Shown here: one piece after another, positions 1-8,165 of the stretch
How positions within the stretch are numbered: position 1 is the stretch's first letter
How the letters are laid out: every line of letters begins with the position of its first letter
Assembly: GCA_013375475.1 (NCBI GenBank)
Contig: JABXKD010000069.1
Coordinates: 1 to 18,170, forward strand
Reading direction: 5' to 3'
DNA from: Promethearchaeota archaeon
GTDB taxonomy: Archaea; Asgardarchaeota; Lokiarchaeia; Sigyniarchaeales; SOKP01
Length of the DNA stretch: 18,170 nt
Position numbers and translations under genes: made by a program
The notes under the pieces: generated by a model
What the model was told of the DNA's origin: nothing
The model's database searches: none
The model's input: the letters and a program-made list of their open reading frames with translations, nothing else

Positions 1-1
1 A

Positions 2-304
2 GATCTATTATTAATTTCGAGAATTAAAAAAAATTTAAGCGAGTTGTTGAAATCTATCGATAGTGAAGAGATAATATTGTTCTCCAGTAAAGGAAAACTG
101 GTGAAAAATCATTTTGAATTATTTAATAAAAATCTGACCAAAAATTATGTAGTTATAGTAGGTTGTTTTCAGAAAGGTTATTTTTCAGAAGAAATAATAA
201 GTTTAAGCAATAAAATTGTGTCAATTTCTCAATATCAACTTGATGCATGGGTAGCATTAAATAAAGTTATTGGATATTATGAAAGTTCTAATGATATAGT
301 ATAA
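2..304 (+). CDS. nep1: Nep1/Emg1 SSU rRNA pseudouridine N1-methyltransferase (SPOUT), C-terminal part; runs off the 5' edge
   Basis: The frame is open from base 2 (DLLLISRIKKNLSELLKS...). Motifs IILFSSKG, VVIVGCFQKGYF and SISQYQLDAW match the archaeal Nep1 C-terminal SPOUT knot (IGGFPHGDF ... LxAW). Confidence 0.8.
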   Translation, partial: DLLLISRIKKNLSELLKSIDSEEIILFSSKGKLVKNHFELFNKNLTKNYVVIVGCFQKGYFSEEIISLSNKIVSISQYQLDAWVALNKVIGYYESSNDIV

Positions 305-392
305 CCAAATAGGATAAGAAAGTTTTTTTTTAATCGATAATAATCATATATATAAGATTTTTTTTTAAAATAATTTGTTCAATTTTTACCTT

Positions 393-464
393 GCGCTCTT
401 GGTATAGGGGTTAGAATATAGGGTTTCCAACCCTACGACCCGGGTTCAAATCCCGGAGGGCGCA
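393..464 (+). tRNA. tRNA-Gly(TCC), intronless, CCA not encoded
   Basis: Cloverleaf: acceptor GCGCTCT 393-399 / AGGGCGC 457-463; anticodon stem TAGGG 419-423 / CCCTA 431-435 with loop TTTCCAA (anticodon TCC 426-428); T-arm CCGGG-TTCAAAT-CCCGG; discriminator A464. Followed by a pyrimidine-rich tract. Confidence 0.97.
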
Positions 465-505
465 CTTCTTTACTTCTCTTTAAAAATTAATATTTAACCT
501 TGAAA

Positions 506-1063
506 TCAATAACAAATATTATTAGTTATGACTTTTCCTTTAGATGAAAATTCTATTCCTTCCATTTCTAACAAAATTCGTTTCATTTTAATACCTCCCT
601 GAAATCCCCCTAGCTCACCATTTGATTTTATTGCTCTGTGGCAAGGAATGATAATAGGAAAAGAATTTCTTGCTAAGGCATTTCCAACTACTCTCGCACC
701 ATTTGGTATCCCGATTTTATTAGCGATTTGCTTATATGTGCTAACCCAGCCTCTCGGAATACCGTGTTCTGCTAAAAGTACCTTTTTCTGAATATTAGAA
801 CATTGGTCAAAATCGATTAATTGTAAATCAAAAATTATTTTTTCACCTTCTAAAAACTGGATTATTTTTAATCCAAGCTCTTCTATTATTGATGAAGAAC
901 TTGATTCAACCTCTTTGAATGCTTCAATAGCTTTTATTTCAGATTTTTTTACAGGATCACTAAGGAATATACGTTGAACTCGTACGTCAGAGTCGTTCTC
1001 TACCCAAATTATTGTAAAAGTGTCAAATAGAGAAAAAAAAGTCGAGAAGAATTGAAAGACCAT
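506..1063 (-). CDS. ogt: Methylated-DNA--protein-cysteine methyltransferase (Ogt/MGMT)
   Basis: IPRGWVSTYKQIA, GARVVGNALARN, active-site IPCHR and GGFQGGIKMKRILLEMEG. Confidence 0.95.
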   Translation of the reverse strand: MVFQFFSTFFSLFDTFTIIWVENDSDVRVQRIFLSDPVKKSEIKAIEAFKEVESSSSSIIEELGLKIIQFLEGEKIIFDLQLIDFDQCSNIQKKVLLAEHGIPRGWVSTYKQIANKIGIPNGARVVGNALARNSFPIIIPCHRAIKSNGELGGFQGGIKMKRILLEMEGIEFSSKGKVITNNICY

Positions 1064-1319
1064 TTTTGATTTAATGCACCTGAAAATAATCTTGTATATG
1101 TGTTGCTATATTCAAAAGAAGATGGTAAATTAACTCTCAGTTTCCATTTATAGCTTTCTCTAATTTAACGGTTTCATTTTAAATATATATTTTATACTTC
1201 TTTTTTCTTATTTTTCAAGTGACTTCATGTAATTATAATATTTCTATAAAAATTATTGAAAAATAATCTCAAGAAATCTTAGACAACCAATTTCGATCCT
1301 CAAACATAAATATATGGTC

Positions 1320-1343
1320 ATTATGATCCGTTTTGATCATAAT
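1320..1343. promoter_or_regulatory. Perfect inverted repeat (candidate operator) in the divergent ogt / giant-protein intergenic region
   Basis: ATTATGATC-CGTTTT-GATCATAAT: 9-bp arms with a 6-nt spacer. Confidence 0.5.
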
Positions 1344-1483
1344 TAAAACTAGAAATTGATCCAATCATTTACGAAAATCTTTAACAGTTTATACAAATAT
1401 GAAAAAATTATAAATGTTTATATTTATATTATCATAACTTTGCATAAATAGTTTTAATTTGATTATAGGTTGGGATATTTAAT

Positions 1484-4400
1484 ATGAAAAAACTGAAATT
1501 GAAATTAACCGCTTTAGCATTTATCTCTATTATATTATTATCGGGTTATACTCCTCTTCTTTCTAATCATATTAATAAATTAAACTTAAATCCTAAGCAA
1601 AGTATCAGTTTGGGTAATCAATATTTATATTTAGATGATGTGACTCAAACTCCATATGATTTTCGTGCCCAAGGGGCATGTTATATTTTAGTTGAGATTG
1701 AAGGTACTGATTTTACCTATTTCATGCTTGATGAGAAGCCTTATGAGGTAAGTTATGGTTTCAACATCTTTCCTGTGAAATTTTCCAATAATCCATATAA
1801 AACTTATACAATTGAAATAGCCCTGGAAAATCGACAATATTTTAAGTCTTTAACCGTAGAACCCCTTTTTATCGCAGAAGATGAAATTGAAGTGAATTTA
1901 ATTCAAGACACAGCAATTAATTTTCAAGTAGGTGGACCGATTTCGATTCTAACACGAATCAATTTCTCTTATAACTGGCTAAGAGTAGAATTAAAGAATG
2001 AAACTGGCGATTCTACTATTCTTAAAAGGATTCATAATACGACTGACTATCCGGAAATTGATCCTCTATTTTATTGCTTATTTATGGAACGTGGAACTTA
2101 TATCCGGTATGATGTTAACCTCAAGCCGGGTGAATATACACTACTATTCCAAGGAAATGGCTCCATAGAATATAAAATTATGGTTAATTCAGATTGGGAT
2201 GGAGACATGTTCAAGGATGTTGATGAAATACAACAAGAAGATATGTACGAATTTAATCTGGATCCCACTCATCCTGATATTTGGGGATTTTTTGAGAAAT
2301 CCGAGGAGAATCTTTTAAACACCAGTATCGAGGAAGGGGGTTTTACAGAAGGATATTTTAGTTTCTATATTCCTGATATTTACATTAATAATAACCTCAC
2401 AATACGGGTTAATAGTGGTACATTCAAAGAAGTGGAAGTCGATATGGATTCATTGTTCTTTGAGGGGGAAATTTTTAATTCTAATCGGGAGACTCCTTCT
2501 TCTCTACATATGTATGGAAGGATAGACCCTGGATGGCATCACATAAGTTACCTGCATAAGGCTAATTATAGCTCTGATATTGAATTTCTAATCACTAACA
2601 ATATGGGTTTACTTCAGGAAATTAAGGTTATTCAGATCGCGGAATTTAGAGATACTGATGGTGATGGTATAAAAGATTTAGAAGAATATTCTAATAGTCT
2701 TAATCCTGCCAAAACAGATACAGACGAAGATGGGCTCCCGGATAATATGGATGGCTCTCCATTAGCAAAATTGGTATTGGATCCTAATCAAATCCATCAA
2801 ATGGTATTATCTGTAAATAATAGTAAAGATACGTTAATTAACATCCAAATTAAAAAACCTGAAAATGACTATTCTACCAATGGGGTTCCGAGATTATGGA
2901 GAGGAGCAGTGAATGTTTCCATTTATCCCGTACTTCGACTGTTTGGTAACAAATTCAACGATTCATTTGATTCTCTAATATATAACTTGGATAAACCTGC
3001 ATTAGAATGGCTTTGGGGTAAAGGTTTTAATTGTGTTTTTAAATCCAACGAAGCGATCTTAGCAAATTATAACGAAAACGGAATAGGCGATTCCCTCCCT
3101 AATCCAAATGATCCTGACAGTGAATTCTTTTTTATCTTTCCAAAACCAGCATTAGAAGTGATTGATTACGATATCATGATTCCTAAAGGACACAGTTCAA
3201 AAGATGATGGATTGTTAGATCTAAGGTTTGATTTTATCTGGGTAATTACTGAATATGATTATGATACAGGTGAAACCCTTGTTTTACATTATTATGATTT
3301 CGAGGAACCGATCATTGTTCAATCCATGGCCATGCGCGAGATTTCAAGCATCCACTATACATTAGGGAACCCAGATTGTTTTATTGAAAATCAGATTCTC
3401 TGGACTCTAACCCAAAATCCTTCTTTAGGGTCTTTTGGAGATTTTGGGGTTGATGATGATGTAGAGCTCAGTGGAACCATTGATTACTTTGGATTACCAG
3501 AGATAATTTCCGAGTATCGATTGAATGTAGGGTATAAAGTCAACGAATCAGAGGTTCTTTATATGAAAGGTTTCTATCAAAATCACGATATCCTCAACCA
3601 AATTTATGTAAGAACTCTAGTAAATCCCGATTTTGAGACTCTTAATCAAGGTAATTATTCTGTATGTTTTAGCTCGTATTCAATATCCAACTTATATGAA
3701 AACCAATCATACGTATATGGAGACTCAGAGATTCAAGGAGAAACCGAAATCCTCTATCAACTTTATTCCTCTGAGAATGACCAGCAAAAGAAAATTGTCA
3801 TGGGTGTTCCTATTGCTATGGAAAGGAGTGTATCCTCACACACGTTGGAAATATCGCAAATTCAAGGATTTCTGGATACTCTGGAAGAAATCCCTTGGGA
3901 TGGTTCACAATTGAGTGACACAATGACGGTTCTCCACCAAACATATATTGAACGTGATGTTCAAGCGATGGGTATCCCTTTGGTACATTTCGAAGAGGGT
4001 ATTGATATATATAAAGAGTACATGGATAATCGTCAGGACGAAGTAGAGTTGTCCCATCAGTTTTTTACTGCTCAGCCTGAGATGCCCGCTGAATTCTTTA
4101 TGAACTATATAGAAGTGTTATGGGAACAGATCGCACTAATGAAAGAAAACCTTATTGTGCTGTACGATTATGTGAAGGATAATCCTGATTTTTTTGTTCC
4201 TGGAGCGGATAGAGAGGATCTTACCTTAATGAAGAATACATTCAATCTGATTACCGAATTTCAACAACACTCCTATTCTGAAATGAGCAGTTATACCGAT
4301 TTCTTTCAATTTTACCAAAACTTCAACGTTGATGTTATACATTTAGTTGACTTATACCAGGGGAAAGAGAGTACGGATTTTGTTAAAGCAGGCTTTTTCC

Positions 4401-7400
4401 AGAAACTTAGCAAGATAGTGCAAGTATTTAAACCTGTTGTATCAAAAATAGGGGCGTTTTTCTCAAGAGTGGATGAAAATGTAAATAACAAGGGGGTAAA
4501 GGATACTCCGAAACAGAACATTGAAAGCAAAAATACAAAGCACCCCAGCGCAGAATCTCAAAAAGTAAAAACACACAAAATGTCTAGAGTGATAGGAGCT
4601 AGCTGCGCTCTATTAGGGTTGGTAATGGTCGGCTTTTCTATATATGAAATCCATATGATAGCTTCAGGTAATAAAACTGCGTATCAAGGTATAAAGGCAA
4701 TAATGGCATTATGCAATCTTGTAGCAAGTTTTTTACTCTTTATGGAAGGGACGCTTCTATTTGCTTCGTCCTTTGCTAAAACCTCAGCTAATGCTTTAAA
4801 GAGTGCCTCCAGAAGTATGGGTAAATTTTCGCTTGTAATCTCCATAATTATGTTCGGATTAGATTTATATAAATTTCTTGATAGAGTAATAGCTGGAGAA
4901 ATAGTCGATCTTTTTATGGAAATTTTTAGTTTGGCCATGAGTGCAGCTTTAATAGCGGTAGGTATTGCTGTGGCAGCAGGATTTTGTTCTACAGGTGTTG
5001 GTGCGCTTATTGGGGGCATAATTGCCGCTGTGACCATCCTTGTTTCTTGGGTGACAAAATATGTGAACGCTCCGGATTTGGAGTTTGTAGAAAACGATTG
5101 TAGGACGTATTATCCCAATAGTACAATATTAAATATGAGAAGAAATGGCGGATTAGAGGATGGAGATCAATTTGTGTATCACTTAAAGGTTAAAAATACT
5201 GGCAGAAATAGAGTTTGGATGAGAGCGAGAATGAAAATGGCAGGGGATACTCTAACAGGTGTGTGGACTAGTTATGTAGGTGATTGGGCAAATGGTAAAA
5301 ATAAAGGTGGGTATAAAAAGAATCAGATATTCGAACATGATTTAATTGCCTCTATAGATGGTGCAACTCCTAATTTAAAATATGTGTTAGAATTTGAGGC
5401 AGATTGGCGTCATTGGTATTTGTTTATACCGGTCAGAGAAGATTTAACAGATGAGGAATGGAATGTACCAATGAACACGCATGCTCTTGAAACCTCGATA
5501 TCGGATTTTTATTCTCACACAAGCGATTATGGCTCAATAAATTATTTGAAACGTGAATATGAAGAAGCCTTGGAAGAATATCGTTATTGGGATGCTTGTA
5601 ATATTGGTGAAACGATAATTAAAGCAGCAGAGTTAAATGCGGGGATAAAAATCTCTCATTTTAAATTCATAAATGCTAGTAGTTCATTAGATTTTCATGA
5701 ATGGGCGATTGTTGTTTACAAGTATCACGCACGTGACTTAGGGGAATGGGAATATTTACTAAATAACTTTTATGCATTAATGGGCTGTGGTGGTTGGGCT
5801 GCCTGGGATAGACCTGATGATCCGACTTACGAGCGACTGGGGTCCCCTATCTTTTTTTCAAATACGGCACCCCAACCAGATACATTTTATTGGAATATGA
5901 TGTCATATGACGTATCCGGTGGATGGCTTTATACAATGGTAGATTCTTTTGATCCAAATGTAGAGCCTTGGATGGAAAAGGAAAGTGCACAATTAGCTGA
6001 TGCGTTTGAATATCGTGAATTGGTGGATAATCTACCGATAAAAAGCAATCTCTCAACGGATTTAAGAAAACAACACATTGAGGTAGATCCAGTTACAGGT
6101 ATAGCGGAAGTAAGCTTAACTATGAATATAGAACCATATTATAATCCTTACTATTATATTGAGGAATATTTGCCCACTGGTAGTGATGGATGTAAAACAG
6201 TGGATTTTCATATTAACGCACCGGAAGGATACTCGATAAGTCCTCAAAATATCTTTACAAAGTATCTTAATTCTACAATAAGCTTTAATTTGACAACTGA
6301 TACCCCAAAGTTCGGACTTTATTTCTTTAACGTAAGTATATTTCTCGAAGGTGAACTTATATATAAAGAAAGTGTGCCGTTTAAGGTTGGGGGATTTTCT
6401 TGCATGGAATTTGAAACATATACAGCTACAGAACCTCTAGTGCCGGGACAATTGTTCACTATGATTGATCTGCATAATTTGGGTACCTTTACAGAAGTAG
6501 CAAACATTACCGTTGAGGGTATCCCTGAATGCTTTATCTATAGAGAATTATATCCTGATAGCTTTATTAATGGTAGCTTGCTCTTAGCGCTAAATCCTGG
6601 AGATATAATACCCGGATTAATTATTAATCCCCCTCGACATCACAGCACGGCTCCCGGTATATATTCATACACTTTCCGCGCTCAAGACCAAATCTTTACT
6701 AATTATGATGAGATAATCCATGGTACATTCGAAGTAGCTGAATTTTATGATATGAACTTTACGTGTGCTGAACCGGAAATAACAATATTTGATTTCCAAA
6801 AAGGAGAATATACGTTTAATTTAACAAATTTAGGAAATGTTGGTCAGCAGTTTAATATTACATTAGATGACATTCCATTCGCAGAAGAATCTCTAAGTAT
6901 TGAATCAATATATTTGGGACCTGGAGAATCTCAATCATTCACCTTACATCTTACTCCGATGGGATGGGGTCAACAAACTTTTTCCATCTATGCAACATCA
7001 GAATACAATTCAAGTTTGGTTAATGTCAATATAACTATAGTAGACGATGATATTAATCAACCAGAATTTACTAATTTTGACATTCTTAATACTTCACTAG
7101 ATGTAACGGTTATTTTTGAGGTATTGAATGAGTTAGAGGGTGATGATACTGGCCTTTCAAATATTAAAATATTCATAGATAATGAGCTTGTGCTAAATTA
7201 TGCCCCTTCTGCAACAGAGACTAACTTTTCATTCACTTTCGATAGCTCTCACGGGGAATGGTTCATGCAAAACGGGACACATGTGATAAAGGTCGAAATT
7301 ATCGATAATGATTTCGATGTTCCTTTTGATAGCCTAAATTCTTCAATTTCAGGTACTTTTGAGATTACTTTAATAAATATGTTTTATTATGTGGACTGGC

Positions 7401-8053
7401 AACTAGAAGTATTGAGAGAATATATAGATAATAACATAGATTCATGTCTCGGTTGGATCTGGAATAAAAAACTGTGTTGGGCTCAATGTCAGATGAAAAT
7501 TGCCCTTGAGTATGTGATTAATGGCAATATCACCTGTAGTCTCTTTCACGATGCTGTGGCAAAAGCTTTAGTACAAATTGTTAACTTTAGGGCAGAATTC
7601 TTTGAAAAATTTAATTGTATTGATAACCATTATGCTGAGTTTATAATCAATTCGACACGCATAATTCGGAATAACATTGTACTTATCATGGGTTTCACTA
7701 CTAACACGAATATTGGATTTAAAATTGCATTAGTGGAAATCGATTTGTTGAATCTGAATGATTTTATTGAAGAAGAAATAGATTGGTGGAAAAGATGGTG
7801 TTTACAAAACCATATTCGATCAGCTACCTATATATTAGAAGCAGCACTTATCAAGATTTCATTAGGGTGTAATATTGAATGCTGCTTATCCCATGCTCTC
7901 TACAAACTAGAAAAAGCCGAATGTAAAGTTCACTGGTTAGTATGTAAAGGATGGATTACTCAAGAATTAGCTGATACAATTCTTTTCAAACTAAATCAAG
8001 CTCAAGAAGATCTCCAAGCAATCTTAAATGCAATCCAACCATCTGTGTTATAG
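1484..8053 (+). CDS. Giant (2189 aa) exported multidomain protein: signal peptide, DxDxDG Ca-binding motifs, central hydrophobic helical segment, Ig-like (COG1470/NEW3-like) domains, duplicated helical C-terminus
   Basis: N-terminal MKKLKLK plus a hydrophobic stretch; DWDGDMFKD and DTDGDGIKDLEE...DTDEDGLPD; four to five hydrophobic helices at about aa 1033-1190; LHNLGT...LNPGD...APGIY and LTNLGN...LGPGES Ig-like signatures; no C-terminal membrane anchor. Confidence 0.85.
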   Translation: MKKLKLKLTALAFISIILLSGYTPLLSNHINKLNLNPKQSISLGNQYLYLDDVTQTPYDFRAQGACYILVEIEGTDFTYFMLDEKPYEVSYGFNIFPVKFSNNPYKTYTIEIALENRQYFKSLTVEPLFIAEDEIEVNLIQDTAINFQVGGPISILTRINFSYNWLRVELKNETGDSTILKRIHNTTDYPEIDPLFYCLFMERGTYIRYDVNLKPGEYTLLFQGNGSIEYKIMVNSDWDGDMFKDVDEIQQEDMYEFNLDPTHPDIWGFFEKSEENLLNTSIEEGGFTEGYFSFYIPDIYINNNLTIRVNSGTFKEVEVDMDSLFFEGEIFNSNRETPSSLHMYGRIDPGWHHISYLHKANYSSDIEFLITNNMGLLQEIKVIQIAEFRDTDGDGIKDLEEYSNSLNPAKTDTDEDGLPDNMDGSPLAKLVLDPNQIHQMVLSVNNSKDTLINIQIKKPENDYSTNGVPRLWRGAVNVSIYPVLRLFGNKFNDSFDSLIYNLDKPALEWLWGKGFNCVFKSNEAILANYNENGIGDSLPNPNDPDSEFFFIFPKPALEVIDYDIMIPKGHSSKDDGLLDLRFDFIWVITEYDYDTGETLVLHYYDFEEPIIVQSMAMREISSIHYTLGNPDCFIENQILWTLTQNPSLGSFGDFGVDDDVELSGTIDYFGLPEIISEYRLNVGYKVNESEVLYMKGFYQNHDILNQIYVRTLVNPDFETLNQGNYSVCFSSYSISNLYENQSYVYGDSEIQGETEILYQLYSSENDQQKKIVMGVPIAMERSVSSHTLEISQIQGFLDTLEEIPWDGSQLSDTMTVLHQTYIERDVQAMGIPLVHFEEGIDIYKEYMDNRQDEVELSHQFFTAQPEMPAEFFMNYIEVLWEQIALMKENLIVLYDYVKDNPDFFVPGADREDLTLMKNTFNLITEFQQHSYSEMSSYTDFFQFYQNFNVDVIHLVDLYQGKESTDFVKAGFFQKLSKIVQVFKPVVSKIGAFFSRVDENVNNKGVKDTPKQNIESKNTKHPSAESQKVKTHKMSRVIGASCALLGLVMVGFSIYEIHMIASGNKTAYQGIKAIMALCNLVASFLLFMEGTLLFASSFAKTSANALKSASRSMGKFSLVISIIMFGLDLYKFLDRVIAGEIVDLFMEIFSLAMSAALIAVGIAVAAGFCSTGVGALIGGIIAAVTILVSWVTKYVNAPDLEFVENDCRTYYPNSTILNMRRNGGLEDGDQFVYHLKVKNTGRNRVWMRARMKMAGDTLTGVWTSYVGDWANGKNKGGYKKNQIFEHDLIASIDGATPNLKYVLEFEADWRHWYLFIPVREDLTDEEWNVPMNTHALETSISDFYSHTSDYGSINYLKREYEEALEEYRYWDACNIGETIIKAAELNAGIKISHFKFINASSSLDFHEWAIVVYKYHARDLGEWEYLLNNFYALMGCGGWAAWDRPDDPTYERLGSPIFFSNTAPQPDTFYWNMMSYDVSGGWLYTMVDSFDPNVEPWMEKESAQLADAFEYRELVDNLPIKSNLSTDLRKQHIEVDPVTGIAEVSLTMNIEPYYNPYYYIEEYLPTGSDGCKTVDFHINAPEGYSISPQNIFTKYLNSTISFNLTTDTPKFGLYFFNVSIFLEGELIYKESVPFKVGGFSCMEFETYTATEPLVPGQLFTMIDLHNLGTFTEVANITVEGIPECFIYRELYPDSFINGSLLLALNPGDIIPGLIINPPRHHSTAPGIYSYTFRAQDQIFTNYDEIIHGTFEVAEFYDMNFTCAEPEITIFDFQKGEYTFNLTNLGNVGQQFNITLDDIPFAEESLSIESIYLGPGESQSFTLHLTPMGWGQQTFSIYATSEYNSSLVNVNITIVDDDINQPEFTNFDILNTSLDVTVIFEVLNELEGDDTGLSNIKIFIDNELVLNYAPSATETNFSFTFDSSHGEWFMQNGTHVIKVEIIDNDFDVPFDSLNSSISGTFEITLINMFYYVDWQLEVLREYIDNNIDSCLGWIWNKKLCWAQCQMKIALEYVINGNITCSLFHDAVAKALVQIVNFRAEFFEKFNCIDNHYAEFIINSTRIIRNNIVLIMGFTTNTNIGFKIALVEIDLLNLNDFIEEEIDWWKRWCLQNHIRSATYILEAALIKISLGCNIECCLSHALYKLEKAECKVHWLVCKGWITQELADTILFKLNQAQEDLQAILNAIQPSVL

Positions 8054-8165
8054 TTTATATAATTATCATCAAACATTTTAAATTCACTAAAATAGATTAT
8101 TTAAGATAAATATTTTAAAATTTGTTCAATTCATAATTGTTATAAAACCAATAATGTGAAATTTA

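Noticed and set aside
436-464. tRNA-Gly 3' end as the att site of an integrated element
   Set aside because: I found no second copy of the tRNA 3' end and no integrase in the window. A copy outside the window cannot be excluded.
3633-6507. Small alternative-frame and antisense ORFs inside the giant gene (3633-3914, 4312-4530, 4684-5037, 5847-6056, 6319-6507), including a possible antisense immunity gene over the hydrophobic block
   Set aside because: They are fully nested in a long coding gene and have no motifs. The 4684-5037 ORF is explained by stop-poor antisense reading of Ala/Gly/Ile codons.
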